DNA of 64,000 nt from Octopus sinensis (GCF_006345805.1 NC_042998.1:116436001-116500000), one strand, 5' to 3'; shown: positions 42,848-58,116, numbered from the stretch's first letter. A program made the numbers and translations. Notes: generated from the letters alone by a model not told the origin.

Positions 42848-45800
42848 CACTCACACTCACATCTAAACACTCATAAGTATTTAACAACACTTATCTGTAA
42901 AACCAGACTCCCTCGCCTCTAAATATATTAATCTCAAACTTAAACACTCAATACTGTTAAATATGCGCGTGCTGGTACACACAATTCAATCTTAAACATT
43001 ATATAATATTTTAATTCAATTTAGTTAAATTCTTTTATCTGAATGTTGGTTAGTATCATTACAAATATTTTCATGTCATTTAGTGGCGTTGGATATAACA
43101 TTTCTGATAATACAATTCGTATACTATAACGTGGCACTATACATTTAATAGAAATATCTTATAATTATGAGCTGCTATTGAAAGTAGTTACATTTATCTT
43201 CCATATATTGTTAAATTTAAATCATCAATTTTGATCTGAAAATTAAAAACGTCTGTTTATCAATGAATAATAAATGATATCGGAAATAAAAATTGCTCGA
43301 AAGTGAATCAGCATATGCTAACCTAGTTTTCAATATTATGACAAAATTCCTTTGAAAAATAAATATTAAATTTATTTATTGACTTTAAAGGCTTGAAAAT
43401 TACAGAAGACTCCCGTTGTAAATTATTTTCCTGTTTTCATCTCTATGTTTTGTTTTACCTGTGATATTGTGATTTACATTTATTCAACGTACATGTAATT
43501 GTGACTCCTGAAAACGATATGTGCGTCCTTTGTCTATCCTTCTACATAGTATGGATTTTAAGGATAATCACCTAATTAGTTTGAAAATAGTTTGCACAGT
43601 GTATAAGGTAGCAATAGTGATTGAACCTTTACAGTTGATATGAATTTCCGTAGTGCTATACTTCCATAAATAACCTTGGTGCAATAGAAATATAGCGAGT
43701 GCCATTCATCTTTTTTAATTTAAGTTTTAGGTTTTTCTCCTCACAAATTGCAAGCTATTTTCAATCATATATAATGCTCTAATTCTGAAGTGACTGGTTA
43801 CCTGTTTTGCAATTACCCAAGTTATAAGTCTTGCTCATCACTTCCGACTATGCAACTCTGTTGTAATGTCAAACTTTGAAAAAGCATCAGGAATTGTGAC
43901 TTATCAGAAAACGATACGCAAAGATAATTTATTAATAATGTGTATCAATTCTCATTTTTAATTTCCGTTGAAACGCAGTATATAGTTACGGTCGCCCAAT
44001 TTTCAATAAACTCAAGGGGGCGGAAACTATTGTTATTTTTTGAAAAACATAAAACAAATTATTTTCAGCTGTGATATCCCTTTATTCTCTCCTACTGCGG
44101 CATTTAGTATCTTTATTGTATTATATTCTATGCTATAGTTATACATGGCATTATTTAGTAAGCTATGAATGAGAAAAGAAATCACCGCAAACTTTTGTTC
44201 AAACGCCCATTAAATGCAAATATGACTATGAAAATATTCTTTGAAGACTGATAAATAACAAATAGTTTTATCAGTTCCTCGAAGAATCTATATATCGCTT
44301 TCATACCAGACAATATTTCTGTTTTCTTATTTCACATTTTATGAATTTCACTATATTAGGAAGTTTACTTAACTCTGTATTCATATTTTTGTGTTATATC
44401 CAAATTTAAATAGCTTTGTATTAAGACAACACGTCTCTTGGGATTTTACTAGCTATATTCTAGAATTTTAACATTATGAACATTTAATTTAGTGCCTTTG
44501 GAGATTTTACTTTAATGTTCTGTTTTCCATTTATTTACTTGCATATTGAAAGCTAAGAAATTTCTTTGACAAATGTAAATGGCTGATGATATTATCAATA
44601 TTAGAATATATGAATACAGCGAAGCAATTACTTTTAGTTTAATATCGCATGATTTTCCTCTCTCGCTTACGGAAGAGCAAATGTGCGGATTTTGTATAGG
44701 CTTTGAAGCATATTATATGGATTTAACACCTAAAAAATATTCTCTGGCATACTGACCGTTGTATTATGAATTTAACGTTCACTTTTTGTCCATATCTCAT
44801 GATTTGAAAAAGCTACATGTAGCCGATAGTATATGTTCAGTAAAAAATACTTTAGAACGTAATTATTGAAGGGAAATGTGATAACAATACTTTATTTTGC
44901 AATTGTATATTTCCGTATCTCTCTGAGAGGTGTCGCATTTTAAAAATTAAATTTTGAAGGTTTCAGGGAATGCGTCAGAGATATGCGTCAGAGATATGCA
45001 TATTTTTTAGAGTGAATTCTGAAATTCGGAAACTGTATATTCTGGATGGATCAAGTAATGTTAAATTCATTGATGTTAGACAAATGTAATTCGTCTAACA
45101 TAATATTAAAACTATACCTATTTAAAAACCAGCAAGGTGGTCAAGAAACCCTTAAACCAATGCCTCATACTTTGCAGCCTTTCACACTTCGTATCAAAAT
45201 GCACGTATTTTAAATGATGTCACCAACAAAGACGTTAAAGGTCACGTACTAACAAATAGATACACCAACTCATACATGGTCACGTAGACATACATTAATA
45301 CATAAACACATATATTTAAACATCCATGCATAGAAGCGTATGAAAGTATGCGTGTGTGTGGCAGATAAAGAAACACATTCAGATTCATGGAAGTACAGAA
45401 ATGCACATACATGTCGAGAACAAACTTATCAAATTTCGGATTGCGCACAGGATTCAAGCAAAATACTAGAAATAGAAGAGAAACAATGTACAGATGAAAA
45501 GAGAGGGAAAATAACTGCGCCAATTTATGAATATTGCAATGCGGATCGTGTCCGAATATTCATGATATATGAAATATATATTAACTATGGAGTGCATACG
45601 CATTGGACTGATCAGGTAACATGCCGATTTCATACACGTACACACACAGACTAGCACAGATACATACACAGAAATACATGCACAAGCGCCAGTGTGTGTG
45701 CATATGTGAGTGGAAAAACACATTTATGTGTTTTATCCACCACATGATGCATTTAATACGTACAAATAAAACTCACATCGTTGGATTTGATTTGCTTTTA

Positions 45801-47469
45801 TGTTTGTGCGTGCGTATGAAGGTGTGGGAACATGCATATGTTTATTCTTGTCTATTCTGGCACACATATATTAATGCACACACACACAGACACATGCGTG
45901 CGTGTTTTTCCAATAACAAAGGATTAATAATAAATAAATAAATAAATAAATAAGTAAATACGTAGATATCGGAAAAAGATAGAGTGATATATTTTGGCTC
46001 AGGTAATCTCCATACACGGAGTTAATACAAATTCTTACAAGTGTGATAAATATTTCCTAATTCGCAGCTGATCTGATTAACTGGCTTTTGAATCACATTT
46101 TAACTCCCTCGCGTACGACAGTTTTATATATACATACGCGCGCACACACACATGCACACACACTCATACACACACACACACACATATATTCACATAAATA
46201 TCCAAAAGTTGAAGCAAAATTCTGCGTATGAATCTCGCCGCATATAAAACCGAAGCCTCAGGTATCTATGTACAACTGATTTATACTGAGAATGAGAAGA
46301 CGTAGAATTAAAAGTGTTAAATACTAATATGTTAGGAAATGCAGTATCCTTGCTACAGGGATTTATACAAATTATTCTGTAAATGATATGCATCCATATT
46401 TTCTTTTACCTCTCTCCTAAGAGTAAAAATTTGCAAATCATATGTATAGACGGTTCTTCTATTTCACACTAGCGAAATAAATGTGGCTGATAGAAAAGAA
46501 TTTATTTTAAAAATCTTCTACATTGACATTGGTCTTAAAATTAAAATTGTAACATCTGAGTTCGATGTTTTTCAGTTTCATATAAGTATATTCTTATTAG
46601 ATTCCTTTTATAGGTGGAAATACTAAGGCTGGAAAAATGGTTGGGACATAGACTCATGTTATAAAATATAATTAGTATACGATTATATACATTAAATATA
46701 AAGGTTGTTTGCCATAGCTTGCGGATTACGAGGTGTCATTTAGCAGTTAATATATATACGCAGATACATGGATACACACATGCACACGCAAACACACACA
46801 CATGCACACGCAAACACACACATGGACACACATATTTAGTATATTTTCCTTTATGCTTTCTTTCTACGAACTCTGTGTTTCTGATTATCGTCAGCAGACT
46901 TGTACAGAAACTGTTTTGTATATGCTCAAGTGTATGGCTTTGACGTAAATAAAACTTTGGCAGAGATTCTATATGAATGTAGGGATACACATCCGGCTCA
47001 TTGACATAAGCCATAAAATGAGCAACAGTATATTGCTCAGTATTTTCCTTATAAGATTTAATTCCTTTAGAGGTAAATAATCATATTTCTATATAATTAC
47101 TCTTGATATATTAGTAAGTAATGTTTGTAAAAGAAAATTAAATTGCATCGCATCTAGACCGATCTGGCATATGCTATTTTATATCAAACCAAAATTGGTT
47201 AAGTCACGTAATTCACGTATTAAGAAGACAGTATCAAATGAAATTTGTCTGATAAAATAACATTACAACATTCTACTTTATCATTCTTTCATATCCATAA
47301 AAAACATATTATAAAACTTACAAAAATAAAAATTAAATTGATATAAATACATGCGTACGTAGACAAACGCACTCATACTTACAAATATATGCGTGTGTGA
47401 GTGAACATGCACACATATACACAAACATGCACATGCACGAATACACATGCATAGATATATACATACATA

Positions 47470-47554
<85 letters not shown>

Positions 47555-48589
47555 GATAGAGAGAAAGTGAGAGAGACAGAGAGACAGGGATAGGGAGAAG
47601 GATACATAAAGTTGCCAATCTGTCTACTTCACAGACTGTGATTTTATATCTGAAGGGGCAACAGTAGCTAAATTAGCAGTGGAAGATGAACAAAGGAACA
47701 AACAAAAATATAAAAAATAGGAAGAAAACCAATGAAGAAATGGCCAACATAAACACCGACAGAAAAGTTTGATTGTTTGGAGGCATCAAATATATAATGC
47801 AATCTCCTGGAAAAAGTATTTTAAAGTGGACAGAAAAAAAATCACTTCAGTACAAGATTTGAATGAAAAAGTAACAGGCAGATAGAAGGGAACAAGCAAA
47901 ACGGCAAATTACAAATCTAGCTAAACAAGTCATGTCCTAACAAAACATGATGCAATTACATAATCGAAATGCAAATACAGAAACCACTACTGAATTGGGA
48001 AATGGAAACCAGTATTGAGATGAACAATTTGATATTTAATATAACAACCCATACTAAGGACGAAAACATATACATGTTTATTGAGCAGTTTGTTCTAAAC
48101 ATTTTGCGACAACATTTTCTATATGCTTGCGAAGTATTTATTTACATAAAGAATGCAGCTACCTTGTCTGTAATTTGATCATATCCATCAGTTGTATAAA
48201 CAATTACGCTTATTCGAACATTATGTTAACTATTTTACCAAGGGAAACATCGAAAACTTAACAGTATTTCAGATACATTTGTGTATGGTAAAATCCCAAG
48301 TTAAATAAGCAGTTTGTATTGATTAAGAATCGACATTTGTATTACGTGTTTGCTTAATACATAGTAATCAATTACGCCCACCCTACCCAACTTCATCTAC
48401 CAAGGAATAATTTCTCAGTAATGTGCTAAAGCTATATTTTTACAGTCATACCTATCAAAGCGTTTATGTTAAATGAAATAATTAAAAGAAATATATTGTT
48501 TCACTACATCAGCACAATGCTGATTGCCAGTCATCCGCTTGGAGGCGGTTTTGGTTTTGGTTAATGAATTGACCCAAATACATATTTTT

Positions 48590-48800
48590 TTAGGCCTGGT
48601 ACTTATTATATCGCTATCATTTTCCCGAACCGCTAGGAGGTGAACGAACTAACCCCGGTTGCCAAGCGGTGATGGGCCCCAAACACAAAAGTGCATACGC
48701 AAGTCCACTCACAACGCTTTGGTCGGCCCACGGCTATAGTAGAACTGAACCAGGTAACATGTGTTTCGAAAGCAAACTTCTTCACGCTTAACCTTACCTG
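48590..48800 (-). mobile_element. SINE, second family, internally deleted
   Basis: aggcctggtacttatt...ccgaaccgcta...cactcacaacgctttggtcggccc..ggctatagtagaa; shares blocks with 4933-5092 and 52915-53090. Confidence 0.7.
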
Positions 48801-49707
48801 TGAATGTGAAAAATTATGTAAAACAGACGTGGTTAATGTATTATGTAGAATAGAAAAAAAATTATTTTTGAATCATCAATACAAATTCATTGAAACTCTT
48901 TCGCTTTTTTTTGTAGCTTATACTCTCACCAGTTTGCAGTAGGATTGCCTTAATTCTTCAATACTGGGATCAAATATATTACAGCTATGTCTGTTTCAAA
49001 TACTGCACGCTTAGGACAACACTTAGAATTTAATCTTTCATTTTAGAACCACAGCATGTTTTTGCAATTTGGCTGCTTCCGCCTTAATACGTAGAAGTAC
49101 ATGTGTTTCCTGGTGATATTTTCCTTTATCTCTCTACTAAGCTAAATTGAAAATATACGCAATGAAATAGCTTCAAGAGTATACATTACGGGTTTAGATA
49201 TAGTTTATCAAGAACTGCATTACACAACGTACACTTTCCTATTTCGAAAGGATAATACGGTATAGAAATTGAGTGATTAAACTAAAATTTCTATTACATA
49301 CAGAATGAGGAAAATGTATTAGCGATATGGGCAAACAAGAGATTATTTAAGATCTCAAATTATTCATCACATTCTTATCTATTTGTTCTTTACAAAATAT
49401 ATTTTCTTTTCCTGTTCATTTTTATTTCCTGAGTTAACGCCAGAAATAATTTATTTGCAATCACCAAAGTAATAATAAACACGAAACATAAGTGCGTCTG
49501 TAAAAGTATTTAGTATAAGAATAATAATGTCAATTCCAGATGAAATATTTGTTCAAACTTAAAAGAAAATGTTACGCTGAGATATTTGTTCTGTAGTTCA
49601 TGCACGCTATTGGTTTGAATCATATTTTCTCTCACACATATACAAACCACACATACATACATAGACGCATACATACAAACAAACCTACCTATAAATCTGT
49701 ATATAAA

Positions 49708-49762
<55 letters not shown>

Positions 49763-50633
49763 TATATATATATCTATGTATATATATAGAGAGAGAGACA
49801 GACAGACAGATAGATATAACTTTACAACCAGATATACAGAAACATCTATACTCACATGCGTATATACATGTAAATAAACATACCAGTACAGAAGCATATA
49901 TGAATAAACAATCGTGGAACAAAGACAACCTGAGATTCTTCACGAATTACATCTTGCACTCTCTAAGTATATGTTGCTATGTACGAAGAACTTCTATTGT
50001 TTTCCATAAGTTTTACTCTCACATTTACTTAAGATTTTATAGATACGTCGCGGTAAATAAAGATAAAATGTATAACTTAGAAAAGAAAAATTAATATTAT
50101 ATTACATTTACAATAGAAACAAAAAGTATCAATTGAAATATTGAAAGAAAATTTATTTTATTAGTGTGAATAGTATAAAATAAAATATAATTCTCACCTT
50201 TAACTCATAATAATTCAGTTTCTTTTTTATTATGTAAATTTTTCAACATTTTCGTAAAACTTTGATTTCTTTATGTATTTACATATTTGTGTGGTAAATA
50301 GCTTTTATAAATTTTCATATACATACACACTCTCCTGTATCTGATTATCTCAATATGTAAATGTGATTATATATGCGTTTGTTGGTAGCATGTGTGTGTG
50401 ACTCAGTGTGTATTCAGGTATACATACATACATACTTACATACATATATATTTTATCTGTACATATGCATGCTAGTCTGTGCGTGTATGAGTGTGCGTTT
50501 GTGTGTGTGTGTGTGTGTGTATAATGTGTATAATGATACTTTCACGGGTAGCAGACAGACGCCATGGTCATACTGGTGCAACGCAATTTATATACATTCT
50601 GATGTATATGTATACATACATACCTACATACAA

Positions 50634-50668
<35 letters not shown>

Positions 50669-51054
50669 ATATATATATTATATATGCTAACAATCACAAA
50701 CACACACACACGTATTCACATACATCTACACACCCATGAATTATTTGTTCAATTAAAAACAACATGCCTATAAGTTTTCGATTGAAAACACAATTTGTTA
50801 TTTTTATTCAAATGTTAGGCCATGAGAATTCCATACACGTTTGTACTTACATGCATATGCTGTAATGGTTCTATTGTGTGGCGTTAAGGTTTCGAATGAT
50901 AGATTCTGACAAATTAGTGTGCTTCGACACAATATACGCGTAACAATATAATGTCCTAATGACATTTGTAAAAGCCAAGTGTAATGCAGTGCTTCCCAAT
51001 GATGTAGCATCAAATCTCGAGTGAAGAAGAGAGAGAGAGCAAGAGATACCTATA

Positions 51055-51191
<137 letters not shown>

Positions 51192-51239
51192 CATAGACAG
51201 AGAAAGAGAGAGGGAGAGATCAGGAAGTTAAATGTTATC

Positions 51240-52845
51240 GCCGGTCATGGAGTGACCATTGGTTTTTTATTTTCTCACCTATGAAGCACTTAGCATACTT
51301 CGATACTTTGATGTGTTTCTGCTAATATTGACCCAGGCTGTGTCTAACTTAATTGCACCAACTGGTAAAGTCATTCAAATCAGAAATCGGAAAACATGGT
51401 CCACTCGAGGCGCGAGGTATTTTTTTATGGAGACATATCCGGGTGTAGGAGGTTTATCCGGGAGTGTTTGAATGACTTTGAACTTTATGGGGTCTGTTTC
51501 TGCTTTAATGTGTTTTGGTGTAACGTTAAAACAGCGGGGCCAATTGCGGTGAAATAATTCTGCCGTATTATTGTTATATGATGCGAGTATGATTTATGTT
51601 GTGGTCGGATAGTAAGGTGACCAAGACTTGGGTGTATCTTAAAGGCGATGCAAACATCATTCGGGAAATTCTGATGCAATATTTCCCACATCATGCAGAT
51701 GACGTTGCGCTCCAGGTGGCGTTGGAAAGAATAAAACTTGAGGTTTCCTAGTCGACCCCAACAATAGTCACGGTCAGTCATGTCACCTGTCTTTTTATAA
51801 TTGACCTTTGAGGTGCGTCAATTTTCATGATACTTTATTTCGTGTGAGAAGACTACGGTGGACAACAGTATTCAAGGTGGGGATGAAGCAAAAGTAGAGA
51901 AGAGACGGAAGTGGGCGTGGCTATCTCATGACTGGACAGTTCTGAGAATCCAGGATCACATTCAGTGGGCCATGCTGTTTATGTGATCGGCCCGTTTTTG
52001 TCCGCGATTGCTCCCAGGTCTCTGTTGTCGTTGGATGCCGTGAGAGTTTCAGCTGAATGAAGGGAGTATGGAAGTTTCCGGGTATCCTCTTTTCCGAAGT
52101 TCAGCTGCGTATTATTGTTTTCCACGCATTCAATGACAGTTAGTAGATCTGACTGAAGGCATATCCGGTCACCCACTTCATTGATGACCTTTTGATCTTA
52201 GAATCATCTGCAAAGATTATTACGTTACTGTGTTTGATGATGTCAGTAATGTCATTGATATAGATGATGAAAATAAGTGGACCCAACATAGTGAATTGTG
52301 GAACGCCACTACTGAGTTTGGCTGAGCTTCATTTTACTCCTTCGACTACAACGTGTTGGGTTCTGTTTGTCAGGAAACATTTAATCCATTTAGTACCTTT
52401 CCAGAGACACCAATGCTGGATAGTTCTTTCAAGGAGACCTTATAATCCACCCTGTCAAAGGCCTTGCTGAAATCAAGGTAGATGACATCAATATTCGAAC
52501 CCTCTCCCAATGCTTTCAAAATGTTGTCAAGTTGATGCAGGAGCTGTGTTAGGCAGTTCTTTCCGTTACGGAACCCATGTTGGTTGGGGTTCAGCAGTTT
52601 GTTACTTTCAAGAAAGTGGGTTATCCTTGTGCATTGAGTAGAAATGTGGAGGCTAATGTTGTGGCAGGTTTTGACTGTTGCAGATTTTTGTAGGTTAAAT
52701 TCCTTAATCGTGGCAATACAAGATACATAAAAATTTCATCAAAATATTGGAGCGCTTGACTCCTAATATTTCGATGAATTTTTTCAAGTATTTTTTATGA
52801 TCACGAGAAAGGAATTTGACCTACGAAGATATGTCCTCCACTTTG
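51240..52845 (-). mobile_element. CR1-clade LINE, 5'-truncated and decayed RT plus 3' end
   Basis: DVIYLDFSKAFDRVDY...WIKCFLTNRTQHVVVEG...SGVPQFTMLGPLIFIIYINDI...IIFADDSKI, with stops and frameshifts. Confidence 0.92.
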
Positions 52846-52853
52846 ATTAATGT

Positions 52854-52900
<47 letters not shown>

Positions 52901-52914
52901 CTATAAATGTTCGT

Positions 52915-53095
52915 ATGTGACTTTGTGTCTGTTTGTTCCCCCACCATCACTTGACAATCGATGTTGGTGTGTTTAGATCAAGGTAACTTAGTGGTTCGGC
53001 AGAATGGAACGATAAACTAAGTACCAGGCTTACAAAGAATAAGTTCCGGGGTCGATTTCTTCGACTAAAGGCGCCGCTCCTGCATAGCTCCTGAA
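52915..53095 (+). mobile_element. SINE, second family, 3' half
   Basis: cttgacaatcgatgttggtgtgttt...gtaacttagtggttcggca...aagtaccaggcttacaaagaataagt..ggggtcgattt..cgactaaaggcg. Confidence 0.75.
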
Positions 53096-53099
53096 ACTG

Positions 53100-53935
53100 T
53101 GAGGTTTATATGTATGTATAGGTATGTGTAAGTTGGGTGGGTATTTGTATATGTCGTGGGTGTGTGGTTAACGTGTGTGTATTTGTGTGTGAATGTTTAG
53201 GTTAGGGGGATTGCTATATAGGTATGTTATAGAGTTTAGTAAAGGGAGATTTTATCATTAAATGTTTTTATGAGTTTTGGTTTATCATGGTAGTTTTGTT
53301 AAGGAATTCGTAGTAATTTGTGTCTATTTGCGATGTCTGTTGTTTTATTGCATTATTTCATTCATAATTTTTAAGTAGTGTTCGTTTTACCAAGTGAATA
53401 TAATTTTTAATTCCATTTATTCCATTTCTCCGTTCATAATTTTAAGTGATGTCCGTTTCTAGAGCGGGAATGTGGGTTGTATGTGTGTGTGAGGGAGTAT
53501 GAATAAGTATTGTGTTGAAGTATTTGTTTTTTTTTTTTATTTATCGTTGCCTAGACGTTTTTATGTGTATGTATAGGGATTTATATATAGGTGTGTGATT
53601 TAGTGTATGTATGTAGATATGGTTATATATAATTAGTTATATGTGTATGGGTGTATATATAGTTTATTTTTTGTTTTGTTTTATATTTTATATTTTATAT
53701 TTTATATTTTATATTTAATTGTTGATAGGTTTATTTTAGTTTATATATTGTTTATATATTGATTATATATGGATTATATATAGGTTATAAATAGATTATA
53801 TATTTATATTTTTTCATTAATATTTTAATTATTTTAAAATTATTATTTTCATATTTTAAGATATTGATATTTTAGATTGGAAGTCCACCTGAAGATTGTC
53901 GATCAAGACAAGAAACAATTGTAGTGGCGGTTTTT
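53100..53935. mobile_element. Probable Penelope-like relic associated with the 53885 hammerhead
   Basis: C-depleted, strongly strand-skewed tract. The minus strand at about 53350-53465 gives LETDIT*NYERRNG...YIHLVKRTLLKNYE, which loosely resembles a GIY-YIG C-terminus. Confidence 0.35.
53885..53927 (+). ncRNA. Minimal type I hammerhead ribozyme with canonical core
   Basis: ccac CUGAAGA ttgtc-gatcaa-gacaa GAAA c-aatt-g UA^ gtgg. Stem I is 4 bp, stem II is a perfect 5 bp, stem III is the palindrome ACAATTGT, and the triplet is GUA. Confidence 0.82.
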
Positions 53936-54012
53936 TTGACTTTTTCTTAAAATGTTATGTATTGATTAAGTCTTTCCTTGTTTGTTTTGCAAAATAGTGG
54001 TTTTGTCTCTAA

Positions 54013-54077
<65 letters not shown>

Positions 54078-54294
54078 ATATATATATATATAGTTTCAGG
54101 AGCTATGCAGGAGCGGCGCCTTTATATATTTATTTATATATATTTATATATTGTTTATATATATTTATACCTATGGATCTGTGTATCGTGCCTGTGCGAG
54201 CGTGCGCAGGCATGTATGCACCTGTCGAAAGTAACACCGAATATTTTAATACACACAAGTCTGTCGAATTACCAGGTAATTTGCTGAACAAATA

Positions 54295-54991
54295 TCAATA
54301 ATGATAAATGGCAAGTTTGTATGTTTGTGAAATTTTTGCTTTACCTCCTCCGATATTATCCAGCAGACCTTGATGAAACTCGACAAGGTGTGTATGGGGA
54401 TGGAGACTTATGCCCTTGTGGTCACTTACGCACTTGGAATTTTTAAAAAAATCAATTTTTAATCAGCATCGATGTTTCACAAATCGCAAAATTTCAGCAT
54501 TTTTCGCACTAGCAATTGTGACATCAGTTTAACGGAAAATGCCGAGGTTTTACGAAAAATGTTTCATGGGTATAAACAGAAAGCATATTAACGGTATCTA
54601 TTTAGCATTTGCTAATTATTCACTGCAATACGAATTGTTTTGATTTGCTAAAACTTATTATTTCAATTAGTTGTTTTAATTCCCCAGCGTTCCAGGTTTT
54701 GATTAGGTAAGGGCATATTATTTTTCAAGCAAAATTTAGGCATTTTGCACACGAGCCGTTGTGACATCAATTTGATGAAATCTGCTCCAAAGCGTAAAAG
54801 TTTGCCATTTTACCCACATGGCCAGAAATGACGACGAGACGGATTCGCTACCAGACTTTTTCGTCAAATTGGCCCTAACAATTAAGATATATTTTTAAGC
54901 TTTAAAAAATGTCGAAATTTGACGAAAAATGTTTCATGGCTATAAAAAGACATCCTATTAAGGGAAATGTATTACGGGGTACCTCATCTAG
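54295..54991 (+). mobile_element. Non-autonomous Helitron-like element
   Basis: Starts A|TCAATAATGATAAATGGCAAG and ends ggggtacctcatCTAG|T. Internal duplications of acgaaaaatgtttcatgg.tataaa and ttgtgacatca. The subterminal hairpin is weak. Confidence 0.45.
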
Positions 54992-55814
54992 TCTTTAAAT
55001 ATACTTGTGCTGTTTTTCGATGCAATACATATAAATAAATTTATTTTCCGTAGTCGTATAGATGCATAATCGAATTATCAAGAGCTATATTTCGAAACTA
55101 TAAGCTCCGATATACTCTGCTGTTTGATGTACAACTAGCAATTGCATACAACATAACCACAGTTTCGGTCAGTCTTACTCGATGGGCCAACATTTCAAAA
55201 AACTATTATACTGCTTCTGGCTGAAATTGACTTAATCTATCAATTTCTCTGAAATTACATACGTTCTTATATAAAGAATATACAGATCTGTTAACTTAAC
55301 ACCTGAAAGTCCTTCGCCGTTTCAACAAATAAATCAATCATAAAAATTGAACTTTAACACATTTATTTAAATGTTAAAAGAAATATTTAAGAGACGAGAA
55401 AAGGTTAATGTACAAGGTCTTGCGGAAGTTAGACAGTTTTCCGGCGAGGATATGTGCTAGCTTACGTCTATAGTATTATAATAAAGTCAATCAATAATGC
55501 ATACAGTGTGAGGTATATAAAATGGCTTATACAAATATCGTATTAATTATTTTCCAAAACAGAATAGTCTAACTTTATATTGAATTAAAACTTTAAGTTC
55601 AAATATTTTGAGATTAGAATGAAATAAGTTAATTCAGGCGTATAGAGAGAGGGTACTCAGTAGAAATATTACCTGGAAGATAAACATACACAGCGAATCA
55701 CATACGCAATTATTTACATATACACAAACATATATACGCCTGCGCACACTTATGTTTGTATGAATAAACTATTATATATATATATAAATAATATATAGAT
55801 ACATAAATGTATAT

Positions 55815-55915
<101 letters not shown>

Positions 55916-58116
55916 TATATTAAATTAGAGACAAAACCACTATTAGACAAATCAAACAATGAAAAACTTAAGCCAATACATAAGATTATTATATTTATAT
56001 TATTTAAATATATAACAAAATTATTAAAACATATAATTATATATATGTGTGTGTGTGTATGTTATGCATTTAGAAGATTGATTGTTATGGCCGGTTGGAG
56101 AGTGAACATCGGTTTTGCACCAATAAAGTGTTTAGTTGTATAGGCGACCCGTCAGGCACAAACGGCGAGAGGCAAAAATGATCTCTACAAATGGAGGGAA
56201 GAAAATATCTTAATTAGTTTTAGAAACAAAGAATATATATCCAGAATAAAACCTGCAGGTAGGGTTTCAGGCGGAACCGGGTTATGTCTTTTACATCGGT
56301 TCCAACGGTAACGGTTTATAAAGATGCTGGTGTGCTCCTATAAGGTAAATGGGGATTCCCAAGCATGCAACAGAAAGCATCTATAATTAGGGTATCGACT
56401 AAACACATCCTTTCTGGAATTTAAAACGGCCCCCGGATCAAGCGACTTTTCTCTCGGCAAAGCAAATCTTACATCGTTTTATCTCGTTGATAGATGATAC
56501 CATTTTTTCTGGTCCTCGTCTTCTAAAGGCCAGAGACGCTATGTATCTGTGTATCTAACTCTACACAAAAAGACACAGCCGTAAACCCACACAGGGTATA
56601 CATATATCAAAAGACAAGCTATTATCGATCTGTTTTAGCAAAACTGAAGGGTATATTACTACATTGGTAGAGGGCTGACCGGATCCAGCCCTCTACGCAT
56701 GGATCCCTCCTAAAGATTTTTAAGGATCCATCTTAGAGGATGGATCCTTAGAAATTTCAATCCAAGAGTAAAGGAAGGATCATGATCCTCTGCTGCTTAG
56801 AATGCTGCCCCTAGCTATGGTAACAGTGTAGATTAACGGCGGGACTTTAAACAATCCAGGGAAGCTACACAATTTAAATCGTATCAATGCGGCATGTCAA
56901 CTACTGAGAAAAGTTGAAAAAGTTAAGTGTCTACTCCCTAAAACGATGGCGAGAAAAATATGCAACGATATACATCAGGAAATTCCAGTAAGGACTTGGA
57001 GCAAATTTTGGCATTGACACCTGCATACTCAGCAGAACAGCGCGTCACTGCATGATACGAATGATCTAAAAATCCCCGTGCAGTTGTTTGGTGTTCAAGG
57101 AACTACAGTTCTTTAATATGTATGGATGGTGGATGTTAGTGTCTGGAAATCAAAATTGAATTTCCTTCTTTCTTGTATATATGAGAAACTAGATAGGGAT
57201 TATGAGTTAGTGTGTAAATTTATAGGTTAATGGGATTACGTAAGAATTATTGCGGAAATGTACTGTACGGTCATTCTGGCATTTGGATTTGTGGTAGAAT
57301 TTAAATGTGTAATAAAAGCTGTGGTTGCATGTGCTTACTGCCTCGTTATGTTTATTAAACCCACTCCTACTTTCAAATTATTTCCACTGACCACTGACTG
57401 ATCTATATCTTAGTTTTTCTTTTTTTCTGTTTTCTTTATCCCTCTATTTATAGTTTCGGGGTTTTTATTCTTTATTTTTTTTTATTTTGTTATTTTTACT
57501 AATATTCTCTCTCCTTTCTCTTTCATTCTTTCTTTCTTTCCGCTTTTTTCTCTTTCTTTTTCTCTTTATTTCTTTCCTCTCTTCCTGTTTTCAATTTAAC
57601 CATACTAATACACTCCCTATTTCTAGGACATTTTAAATACAAACCTTGACTCTCCAACACTGTATATAAATTCCCTACTGGGAATGACCAAGTTTAAAAA
57701 TCTGCTGGATTTCACTCATAAGGTAATCTTACATTGCTTATAAACTCTATACTTGGAAGGACCCATATTAAACTCTGTTGGACTTTTAGATTTTACTTAA
57801 AGGATATTGAAATATTGCATATATACCATTATGCCTATAAAACGGATTTGCAAATTCAATACCCACACATATCTTACATCTATTTTCTTTCCTCCAACTC
57901 ACTCTTTATTTTCTATCACATCGAAACTAACTATGACTTAATTTTTCCTCTCACACCGTCTTTGATGAAGGGATATTATTAATTAATATCCTAGAAACAG
58001 CTGTAATACCTTCTATCTATGAATTCTCTAATATCTATACAGCCTTGGTTTTTATCTTATTACGCAAATAATTCTTATACACACACGCACACACACATAT
58101 ATATAAATATATATAC

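Noticed and set aside
45415-45470. Minus-strand AG...GT mini-exon (FCLNPVRNPKFDKFVLD)
   Set aside because: No similarity to the receptor ATD, and splice-like motifs are common in this sequence.
47640-47960. Purine-rich stretch with KWPT-like peptide, possible non-LTR relic
   Set aside because: Too many stops and no diagnostic motif.
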